A stretch of 36,577 nt of DNA from an uncultured Gammaproteobacteria bacterium (GTDB taxonomy: Bacteria > Cyanobacteriota > Vampirovibrionia > LMEP-6097). This document shows positions 9,074-16,723 of the stretch, piece after piece. Under the pieces are notes generated by a model. It saw only the letters and a program-made list of their open reading frames with translations, ran no database searches and had not been told where the DNA came from. Where the stretch lies: NCBI GenBank assembly GCA_964420165.1, contig CAYQSL010000002.1, positions 1 to 36,577 of the forward strand, read 5' to 3'. Both the position numbers and the translations under genes were made by a program. Every line of letters begins with the position of its first letter. Positions within the stretch are counted from its first letter, which is position 1.

Positions 9074-9844
9074 TTAAAACGCATGAAGAGTTGCAACATA
9101 TGGGGCTCTATCGCTATCTTCAGGTTTAGATTGAATTGAAGATTTATGGATATTACGTTCCAATGTTGTCAGATCCGTTAAAAGAGTTGCCCAATCTATA
9201 TATTTATACTTGGCATGTTTTGCAATTTGCAAGCTGGGAGATTCAGATCCAAATAAAGGATATTGATTTAAAACCTCTGAAGTTTTTTCATGAGGTGGAC
9301 GAATTTTTTCTTCCTCAGAACTAGGATTAAGATAGTCTGTGACTAGCTTTTGGACTTCTGTGGTGGATTTACTAAAGTAATCCTCGAGTTTTTGAATTCT
9401 GTGTAAAGTTGTAAGATTGAGTGTACCCAACTCTCCAGAACTTAGAGAACCATTATTAAGAGCTTCCATTTGTTCCACTACAAAATTTAGAATTGCTGGA
9501 TCTTGTTTCTCTACTCCTTGTAATAAATTAATCGGAGCTACAATCTTACGTTCATTGAGCCAGCTTCTTCCTTCTTGAGAATCTGCCCATTCTAAACAAG
9601 GTAATCTATTTTTTAAAATTTCAGGTTTACTTAAAGCATGATGAAGCGCTGCAACTTGTTGCTGCTCCTTTATTTGTGTACTTTTGTCAAATTTCTGTTC
9701 CGTGTTATTCGCATCAAAAGAAAAACCTAAAGCAGTAAGTCCCGAAGCTGTAAGGACGACAGCAATAGTTTTTGCAAGCCCCTTCTTTTCTTCTATAGGT
9801 ACACGCAATTCTTGTACGTGTGTATTTGGTCCTAGCACTCTCAT
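9074..9844 (-). CDS. Hypothetical N-terminally membrane-anchored protein
   Basis: 256-aa ORF with a single hydrophobic segment LAKTIAVVLTASGLTALGF near the N-terminus. No recognised domain. Confidence 0.6.
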   Translation of the reverse strand: MRVLGPNTHVQELRVPIEEKKGLAKTIAVVLTASGLTALGFSFDANNTEQKFDKSTQIKEQQQVAALHHALSKPEILKNRLPCLEWADSQEGRSWLNERKIVAPINLLQGVEKQDPAILNFVVEQMEALNNGSLSSGELGTLNLTTLHRIQKLEDYFSKSTTEVQKLVTDYLNPSSEEEKIRPPHEKTSEVLNQYPLFGSESPSLQIAKHAKYKYIDWATLLTDLTTLERNIHKSSIQSKPEDSDRAPYVATLHAF

Positions 9845-9911
9845 AGTTCACAATATATTAACATATATTATGTTGTAAAATGGGCGACAATACCTATTGC
9901 TTGACGATTAT

Positions 9912-10724
9912 CTAAAATCCAGAGCCAGTAAAGGTATTGGGAGTACTCTTAGTCCAAAAATTCCATTTGTTTTTATCAGAACTAAGGCTATAACCCTCAA
10001 CATCAAAATTTACATAATATTGAGTATCGTTAGATAAATTAGCAATTGGATCGATATTAATACTGCTTGTCCCCCAACCGCTTACACGATTACTAGTAAC
10101 ATCTATAGTTTCAATAGTAGTATCATCACTAAACTTACGAATGTAAATGTTTCCACTTCCTAGACTGACATTGCCATTAAAAATTATATTTATACCTTCG
10201 TAAGATTGCATGAAGTGCCCGTTATCAGGTGGGGATAAATGTTTGACCTGAGTAAAGCTTCCAAAGCAAGGACCAATACAACTTGGTGGATTATAACAAG
10301 TACACATACCGCTACTTGTGCAGGTACCAGTAGTAAAATCTACACGTTGGCTTGCATTAGTATTCGTAAAGCCAGGGGCACAATCAGAAACTGCACCAAC
10401 TGCTAAATCTAAATAGTAGCTAGTATTTGAATCCAGTTGTACATGACTCGTGAAGCTAATGGTTTGTGTACCACTGCCACTATAGTCGAACATATTAATA
10501 GTATCTATTACTGAATCATCACTGGTTTTTTTAATATAGGTAGTACCCATATATGAACAGACGACTATAGGAAAATTGATTATAAAGGTTGGATTTCTAC
10601 CAAAATTCGTGTCATTTTGAGCAGGTGTAGTAGAACTAACAAAAAAAATTGCTTCTGCCTTATTCGCTATAAGCAATAAAAATAAAATTAATACAACAGG
10701 AAATAGTAATTTAGGAATTCGCAC
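9912..10724 (-). CDS. Secreted protein with two Ig-like (SbsA/Big_5-like) repeats joined by a Cys-rich linker
   Basis: Signal peptide MRIPKLLFPVVLILFLLLIANKAEA. Internal duplication (...YIKKTSDDSVIDTINMF...NTSYYLDLAVGAV / ...YIRKFSDDTTIETIDVT...DTQYYVNFDVEG). Linker TGTCTSSGMCTCYNPPSCIGPCFG. Confidence 0.65.
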   Translation of the reverse strand: MRIPKLLFPVVLILFLLLIANKAEAIFFVSSTTPAQNDTNFGRNPTFIINFPIVVCSYMGTTYIKKTSDDSVIDTINMFDYSGSGTQTISFTSHVQLDSNTSYYLDLAVGAVSDCAPGFTNTNASQRVDFTTGTCTSSGMCTCYNPPSCIGPCFGSFTQVKHLSPPDNGHFMQSYEGINIIFNGNVSLGSGNIYIRKFSDDTTIETIDVTSNRVSGWGTSSINIDPIANLSNDTQYYVNFDVEGYSLSSDKNKWNFWTKSTPNTFTGSGF

Positions 10725-10786
10725 TATTACTACTATTCAGCTTTAAAGCTTAGAAAAACTCAGCTTAATAGTGGATAAAATCAATG

Positions 10787-11089
10787 TTATCTAGTTGAAT
10801 GTCCTTCAACACAGACTGTGCGTTTGCGCTTAACAGTTGTATAAAAAGATTTTTGTTCAACACTTGAAGTATTCACATACTCATATTCTTTACAGACCTT
10901 ACCCACAGCAGACTTTGGTGCAGCTTCCCAAACTTTACATTTACGCAGTTTACTTTTTCTTTCTGTAAAAGGTAAACGTATACCGGGCTTTAAAACCAGA
11001 GCTTCATATTCTTGGACTTCATATTTATCACAAATAAATTTTGACGGAGTGAAAGCCTTACTAATATTGCTTTGTATTCCTTGCCAAAA
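10787..11089 (-). repeat. Direct repeat copy 2 (~303 nt), matches 8659..8961
   Basis: See copy 1. Same orientation, 2128 nt apart. Confidence 0.85.
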
Positions 11090-11161
11090 TTTTTGTTTAG
11101 CAGTAACCTCATTTAATGTAAATTGCAACACGATTAAGATCAGCAACTGGATAATTTTCAT
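10787..11161 (-). CDS. Small secreted basic 4-Cys protein, paralog of 8659..9027
   Basis: 124 aa with a divergent signal peptide. Mature region is nearly identical to the other copy. Confidence 0.7.
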   Translation of the reverse strand: MKIIQLLILIVLQFTLNEVTAKQKFWQGIQSNISKAFTPSKFICDKYEVQEYEALVLKPGIRLPFTERKSKLRKCKVWEAAPKSAVGKVCKEYEYVNTSSVEQKSFYTTVKRKRTVCVEGHSTR

Positions 11162-11213
11162 ATTAAATATTGTATAACTGAGTAATCATTCCCTTAAATG
11201 CATGTAACTGCAC

Positions 11214-11984
11214 CTAAAATTCAAATTTATATTGTAAGCCCAGTCCAACCCCAAATCTCTTTGTTTCAGGCAAAAATCCATTCCAACGCAGTTCTGTTAC
11301 CGCATGCAAGCCTTTCCAAATGCGAACTCCAAATTGATTCTCGGCAACCAGCTTATTATGAGCAGGAGTTTCTCCTATCAAAAAATTATGATCAGCAAAT
11401 CCTAACATATATACTCGGTTGTCCAAATGCTTTGGCAGAATCTTCATGTACCAAACATGTTGCAATTGAAAAGCATAATCATCATAATGATCAACTTGCA
11501 CTGGATAGTAGGTTAATTTATAAGATGCATTCAATTTTTTAAAGACCTTATCTACATATTTCATTTTGTGAATATTTGCTTGAGCTCCAAATCTAAGCAC
11601 ATCATTTTTTTCTCCTGAACTATCTGCATACTGCAAAGTCAAATCGAAAGGAGACTTTAAAACTTCATCATAATAAAAACTGTGCTCGGTATAGTACTTG
11701 CTGTAATCAAATGGATCACCAGCTCCAGTCTGATCTCCCGACCAATTCGTAAATCCAAAATAACTAAAAGGACCTGGAAGATCTAACTTAACGTTTAAAG
11801 TATGCACTTGGAAATTTCGCGTATCTTGATATGTATTGAAATCAAAGAATCCATGTGGCTGATATTTAATAGTCTCTTCAACCAATCCCGCAGCATCGTC
11901 AGCAGCCACCGCTAAATTGGCCGAAAGGACAATAAGTATAGATAGAATGAGGTTCTTTAGAGGGAACACCCTTCTTTGTTCCAA
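11214..11984 (-). CDS. Outer-membrane beta-barrel protein (Tsx/DUF5020-like by motif recollection)
   Basis: Signal peptide ending ANLAVAADD. Alternating aromatic/hydrophilic pattern. YFGFTNWSGDQ resembles Tsx YIGFTNFDWGSD. C-terminal ...GLQYKFEF has the terminal Phe typical of OM barrels. TTG start. Confidence 0.55.
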   Translation of the reverse strand: MEQRRVFPLKNLILSILIVLSANLAVAADDAAGLVEETIKYQPHGFFDFNTYQDTRNFQVHTLNVKLDLPGPFSYFGFTNWSGDQTGAGDPFDYSKYYTEHSFYYDEVLKSPFDLTLQYADSSGEKNDVLRFGAQANIHKMKYVDKVFKKLNASYKLTYYPVQVDHYDDYAFQLQHVWYMKILPKHLDNRVYMLGFADHNFLIGETPAHNKLVAENQFGVRIWKGLHAVTELRWNGFLPETKRFGVGLGLQYKFEF

Positions 11985-12041
11985 GGTAAAAGAGAATAGA
12001 ACTAGGTCATAGTACCTAAAAATAGGGAATAACTACAAGGA

Positions 12042-13034
12042 TTGCTTAAATTATCAAAAATCATTTTTATAAGCTTATTAATAGGACTAAGCACGGCCTC
12101 CTGTTCTATTAATTCACAAAATAAAAAGAAGAAAATTGGAGTTTCTCTGTGGATAGAAAATGATGACTTTCAAAAAAACTACGAAGGTTTTATTGAAGGA
12201 TTAAAAGTATCCGGCTACAAAGAGAATAAAAATCTTGAGCTTATCGTAGTAAATCCTAAAGGCGATTTGGATGAACATCATAAAAGTATCGAACTTTTTA
12301 AAAAGGAAAAAGTAGATTTAATTTTCACACGGGGTAGTTCGGCAACTTTAGCAGCAAAACAAAAAGCCCCTAATATACCAATAGTTTTTTCTATAGTGAC
12401 CTTCCCTGTTCAGGTAGGTGTCATTGACTCAATCAATGAAGCCTCAAATAAAATTGCCGGCACTAGCAATCATGTAACTATTGATCATCAGTATAAAGTT
12501 TTCTCAAGTATTATTCCTGGATTGCGCTCTATAGCTTTTATTAGGTCAAAGACCGGGCAGCCCAACTCACTATTGCAGTTTAAAGAATTTCAAGAGTTTT
12601 TAGAAGAGAAGAACATAAAAGTATTAGACTTCGCTGCAGATGACCTAGGCACAATTATCGCTCGGCTTAAGGCAGACCCCGGTGCATACGATGCTATTTA
12701 TGGTGCATGTGATGCAATTGTGCAATCAGGCGGAGAGGAACCTTTAGCAAAACTAGCTTTGTCTTTATCCAAACCTAGTTTCTCCTGCAATAAATCTTCA
12801 ATAGCAAAAGGATTCATGGCTGCATTAGTTGCAGACTACTATGAATTAGGCAAAGAAGCTGGCTTCAAAGCAGCTGAAATTCTCAAGAACAACAAAGTAC
12901 TCAGTAGTGACTTATCCACTCCAATATTAAATTTGAATGCAAAAGTGGCTTCACAATTAGGAATCACTATCCCAGAGGAATTAAAGCGAACAATTAATGT
13001 AATCGTTTATTCAGATAGATCTCAAGTGATATGA
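12042..13034 (+). CDS. Periplasmic ABC-type substrate-binding-like protein (ABC_sub_bind / PF04392-like), possible lipoprotein
   Basis: TTG start. Signal peptide with ...STASC. KIGVSLWIEN...GF.EGLK..GY.E.KNL, VDLIFTRGSSATLAAKQ and IPIVFS pattern typical of this family. No permease or ATPase is adjacent; a kinase follows. Confidence 0.65.
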   Translation: MLKLSKIIFISLLIGLSTASCSINSQNKKKKIGVSLWIENDDFQKNYEGFIEGLKVSGYKENKNLELIVVNPKGDLDEHHKSIELFKKEKVDLIFTRGSSATLAAKQKAPNIPIVFSIVTFPVQVGVIDSINEASNKIAGTSNHVTIDHQYKVFSSIIPGLRSIAFIRSKTGQPNSLLQFKEFQEFLEEKNIKVLDFAADDLGTIIARLKADPGAYDAIYGACDAIVQSGGEEPLAKLALSLSKPSFSCNKSSIAKGFMAALVADYYELGKEAGFKAAEILKNNKVLSSDLSTPILNLNAKVASQLGITIPEELKRTINVIVYSDRSQVI

Positions 13035-13044
13035 AATATATTAG

Positions 13045-14613
13045 ATGATAAAAGTAACCGAATCAGAACAAAAATCAATCCTGAAAATCTTCGTTGGTTT
13101 TACCATTATTTCTTTGATTACGTTTTTTGCAATTACAAGCATCTATATCAATCAGAACTTTGGGCAAACTTTACTTGATATTGTAAAAAATTCACGAGAA
13201 TTAGAACTAGGTTTTATTGCCAAAAACGTAGAACAGTATATCGAGAACAGAACACAAGCGCTTAAAGACATTGGTTCAAATCCTCTATTGATCAACTCTC
13301 TCTTGCGCTCGCAAGGAGATCAAGCAAGTGAAGATTTTCTCACTCACTCCCTAATACTTGGCGAAAAAGCTCCCATTACGCTATACGACTCAAGCGGCAA
13401 AAAAATAGTATCCTCAGAAAAGCAGATAAGAACAGAGCTTGATCAAACCTTATTGTCTAAAATAATCTCACAAGAAAAAAGCTATATCGTTAACATTATT
13501 GGCAAGCCGGATGACGCAATAATGCAAATCTCAGTGCCCATACTTTACAAATCCTCAATCAAAGGAATCATAGTCCTTGAATCAAAAATTGATTATAGTA
13601 GAATTTTTGGGATATACAATCCAAATCACTTGAGCTTTGGTTTCCAGAGTGGTGAAAGAATATTCCATGCCGAGAATTTCAAAAAAATCGAAGGGGATAA
13701 ATATCAAAAATATATTCCCAATCTTAATTTGGTAGTTTTTTTCAAAGCTAGTGAAGATTTTTATAAATCAAAAATTCAAAAAATAACTATAGATTTATAC
13801 GTTTCAATATTAATTAGCTCAATTATTAGCACCATCATACTTTTCTTATTAGGGAAAAATATGCTGCTAGAGCCATATATCAATTTATCTAAGAATAAAT
13901 TATTGCTTCAAGAAAAAACTACGGCACTCGAAAAATCAAATGAAGAGCTAGATAGATTTGCATATATCATTTCTCACGACCTCAAAGAGCCAATCAGAGG
14001 CATGTCAGTATATGCAGGGATGCTGCTCAAGAAGTATAAAGATCAATCAGATAGTCAGGGCATTGAAGCTCTAGAAACCATCATTCAACTTGGCAAAAGA
14101 TCAGCAACAATGCTGAATTCAATATTGGAATATTCAAGATTCGGAAAAACAGAAGAAGCTTACAAAGAAACAGACCTTCATGAGGTCTTGAAAGAAGTCA
14201 TTGAGTCTTTGGAATTATATATCCAAGAGAACAAAGTAAAAATCTTAATTCTAGAACGTCTGCCAGTCATCAAATGTGACTCGATTCGCATTGCAGAAGT
14301 TTTCAAGAATTTAATTACGAATGCTATTAAATACAATGACAAAGAAGAAAAAATTATAGAAATCAGTTTCCAAAAAGATGAAAAGGGAATTACTCATTTC
14401 TCTGTCAGAGATAACGGAAATGGTATAGAAGAAAAGTATTTTGATTTAATTTTTGAAATATTCAAACGTATAGATGACGATGACGGTAAAGGCACAGGCG
14501 TTGGCTTAGCTATTGTAAAAAAAATTATCAATTCACATAGGGGAGAAATCAATGTGAAATCAGAAATAGGCAAGGGCACTTGTTTTGAGTTCACACTTAC
14601 AAATTCACAATAG
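13045..14613 (+). CDS. Sensor histidine kinase with a periplasmic (Cache-like) domain between two TM helices
   Basis: TM1 FVGFTIISLITFFAITSIYI, about 200-aa extracytoplasmic region, TM2 LYVSILISSIISTIILFLLG. H-box ISHDLKEPIRG, NLITNAIKYN, VRDNGNGIE, GTGVGLAIVKK. Confidence 0.85.
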   Translation: MIKVTESEQKSILKIFVGFTIISLITFFAITSIYINQNFGQTLLDIVKNSRELELGFIAKNVEQYIENRTQALKDIGSNPLLINSLLRSQGDQASEDFLTHSLILGEKAPITLYDSSGKKIVSSEKQIRTELDQTLLSKIISQEKSYIVNIIGKPDDAIMQISVPILYKSSIKGIIVLESKIDYSRIFGIYNPNHLSFGFQSGERIFHAENFKKIEGDKYQKYIPNLNLVVFFKASEDFYKSKIQKITIDLYVSILISSIISTIILFLLGKNMLLEPYINLSKNKLLLQEKTTALEKSNEELDRFAYIISHDLKEPIRGMSVYAGMLLKKYKDQSDSQGIEALETIIQLGKRSATMLNSILEYSRFGKTEEAYKETDLHEVLKEVIESLELYIQENKVKILILERLPVIKCDSIRIAEVFKNLITNAIKYNDKEEKIIEISFQKDEKGITHFSVRDNGNGIEEKYFDLIFEIFKRIDDDDGKGTGVGLAIVKKIINSHRGEINVKSEIGKGTCFEFTLTNSQ

Positions 14614-14647
14614 TACTGCCAAGAGTTTTGTTACAATGTGGCTAATC

Positions 14648-14680
14648 AAGAAAGTTTCACTTGAAACTTTTACTTTCTTT
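14648..14680 (+). terminator. Candidate rho-independent terminator after the kinase gene
   Basis: Stem aaagtttc (14651-14658) / gaaacttt (14663-14670), loop actt, followed by the T-rich tactttcttt. Confidence 0.4.
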
Positions 14681-14706
14681 GGTGATGAGCCGCATACTTG
14701 ATTTAT

Positions 14707-14728
14707 AATGGTACGCCCGACAGGATTC
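14707..14728 (-). repeat. Partial duplicate of the tRNA-Arg 3' end (T-loop half + acceptor + CCA)
   Basis: The 22-nt aatggtacgcccgacaggattc is identical to 14801-14822, which is the 3' end of the intact tRNA plus flank. Same orientation, 94 nt offset. Confidence 0.8.
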
Positions 14729-14802
14729 ATGGCACTTGCGATCAGCAAGGGCAGTCAGAAGAAGCTGACCCTCAGGGTCACAGGTTGATTGATTAATAAA
14801 AA

Positions 14803-14879
14803 TGGTACGCCCGACAGGATTCGAACCTGTGACCCTCTGCTTAGAAGGCAGATGCTCTATCCAGCTGAGCTACGGGCGC
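14803..14879 (-). tRNA. tRNA-Arg (anticodon TCT), CCA encoded
   Basis: Minus-strand cloverleaf GCGCCCG-TA-GCTC-AGCTGGATA-GAGC-A-TCTGC-CTTCTAA-GCAGA-GGGTC-ACAGG-TTCGAAT-CCTGT-CGGGCGT-A-CCA. All four stems pair (G1-U72 wobble). Confidence 0.93.
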
Positions 14880-15040
14880 ATGATTTTCTTTTAACACTGG
14901 ATAAACTGCTTGTCCACTAAAGGTAGCAAACAATGCATTTGCCATTATAACCCTCTAATTTTGCTCTAATTCGGAAATTTTCCTTTAAAAAAGGATAACT
15001 TAGGTCGGCTATAATAGATCTATAAGATCAAAAGGTCTCA

Positions 15041-15394
15041 ATGAGTACTAAAGAAGATATCCAAATAGTTTTATTAACAGAAAGTGCAATCAAACAAGTT
15101 GCTCAGCTTCTTTGCAAAGAAGCTAAAGATCCAGAAACTTATGGGCTTAGATTAGCCATCAAAGGCGGCGGCTGCTCAGGTTTAAGCTATGACCTTAAAT
15201 TCGATTCCAAAACAGAAAAAGACTATATTCAAGATTCTGGAGATTTTAAAATTTTTATTGACCCTAAAAGCTCCATTTATCTTAAAGGCATGACTGTAGA
15301 TTTTGACGATAGCCTCATGGGGAAGGGCTTTGTTTTTAAAAACCCTAATGCAAGCAACACCTGTGGCTGCGGCGAAAGCTTTTCAGCCTTTTAG
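15041..15394 (+). CDS. A-type iron-sulfur cluster carrier/insertion protein (HesB/IscA/ErpA family)
   Basis: LRLAIKGGGCSGLSY... and C-terminal NPNASNTCGCGESF, the three conserved Cys ligands. 117 aa. Confidence 0.9.
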   Translation: MSTKEDIQIVLLTESAIKQVAQLLCKEAKDPETYGLRLAIKGGGCSGLSYDLKFDSKTEKDYIQDSGDFKIFIDPKSSIYLKGMTVDFDDSLMGKGFVFKNPNASNTCGCGESFSAF

Positions 15395-15458
15395 GTGATT
15401 TCACTTGCGTAAATACAGGCTATTAACTAACCACAATAGGGCATAACACCTAAAGGCT

Positions 15459-15914
15459 ATGAGTCTAGTAATTTTAGTCGAAGATTCCAAACCCGATGCA
15501 GAGCTTGTCAAAACGATCATTCAAGATCTGGACATGGGGATAGAAGTTATGTGGTTTAAAAACGGCGTAGAATGTCTCAACTATTTAGCTCAAGGCTCAC
15601 TAGTAGGAAGAAGTTTTTCTAATGATCGAAAAATCCTAATGCTTATGGATTTAAACATGCCAAGAGTAAATGGACTTGAATTGCTTGACGTCCTTGCCGC
15701 AAATGCGGACTACAAAAAAATTCCAAAAATAATTTACACAACATCTAATTCATCTCAAGACATGGGAATGGCTTATGAGAAGGGAGCTCTAAGTTATATT
15801 ATCAAGCCATTTGATTTTGACGAAGTCGTTATTACTATTACTTCAGTGATGAAATATTGGTTTGAAATAGTTACTTTAAGAGATATTGAAATAAAAAATG
15901 AGTTTATAAAATGA
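15459..15914 (+). CDS. Stand-alone response regulator receiver protein (Rcp1-like)
   Basis: ILVEDSKPDAEL, phospho-acceptor context LMLMDLNMPRVNG, TTS, IIKP. 151 aa. ATGA overlap with the next gene. Confidence 0.85.
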   Translation: MSLVILVEDSKPDAELVKTIIQDLDMGIEVMWFKNGVECLNYLAQGSLVGRSFSNDRKILMLMDLNMPRVNGLELLDVLAANADYKKIPKIIYTTSNSSQDMGMAYEKGALSYIIKPFDFDEVVITITSVMKYWFEIVTLRDIEIKNEFIK

Positions 15915-16723
15915 AAAAAATCAAATTACTAATAGTAGAAGACAACAGCATCGACAAAAGATTGATGGAGGAACATCTATCAGAAGTTGAGGATATTGAA
16001 TTTGAATTTGGACATGCATTTAGACTTAAAGAGGCCTTTAATCTACTAAATCACGAGCATTTTGATATCGTGACACTAGACCTAGGATTACCTGACAGTC
16101 ATGGTTTAGAGACATTTGAAAAATTTCAAACAGCTTTTCCGAATGTACCAACAATCGTAGTTTCTGGCTATGAGGATAAGGAAATCGCAAAAAAAGTTAT
16201 TACAGGTGGAGCCCATGGTTTCCTCGTTAAGGGCAATTATGATCAAGATTCACTTATTAAAGAAATTAAACTAGCGATAAATAAACAAGGCTTTAGAACA
16301 ACTGTTGCCAGTAAAATTTCACAAATGAATAGGCCTCAAGAAACACCTATTAAGATTACAGCTGAAAGTGAGAGGAAACAAGAGTTATTCTTCACCCCGA
16401 AGACTTTAAAAATGAGCCGTTTAGTCGAAAAAGAACCTGAAATTTTCCAAGAATTAGTTACCGAATATCTACAACTTGTCCCAATATCATCAGAAACAAA
16501 TGCAACTATGCTCAAAGAAAAAGTTTCAAGTTTTTTTGAGAAAAACGAGGAAGCCTTTGCCATGCTAAATCTTACAAAAGAAGATTTACTTGATGTCCAT
16601 ACTGCTGCAATTGAAAGACTTAACTTTATCGATAAAGGTAACTCAAACTTCAAAAGCCTTGTAGCGATTCTATTGCATGAGGTGAATTTAGTTTTCACGG
16701 CAATTAATACCAAGACTCAATAA
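15911..16723 (+). CDS. Response regulator: receiver domain plus ~140-aa C-terminal domain of unknown function
   Basis: LLIVEDNSIDKRL, IVTLDLGLPDSHG, VVSG, FLVKG. The C-terminal half has no recognisable output domain. Confidence 0.8.
   Translation: MKKIKLLIVEDNSIDKRLMEEHLSEVEDIEFEFGHAFRLKEAFNLLNHEHFDIVTLDLGLPDSHGLETFEKFQTAFPNVPTIVVSGYEDKEIAKKVITGGAHGFLVKGNYDQDSLIKEIKLAINKQGFRTTVASKISQMNRPQETPIKITAESERKQELFFTPKTLKMSRLVEKEPEIFQELVTEYLQLVPISSETNATMLKEKVSSFFEKNEEAFAMLNLTKEDLLDVHTAAIERLNFIDKGNSNFKSLVAILLHEVNLVFTAINTKTQ

Noticed and set aside
14707-14879. Active genomic island or prophage integrated at tRNA-Arg
   Set aside because: The two tRNA 3'-end copies are only 94 nt apart. No integrase, excisionase, phage or transposase gene is visible anywhere in the window. 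At most this is a scar or an unoccupied secondary site.
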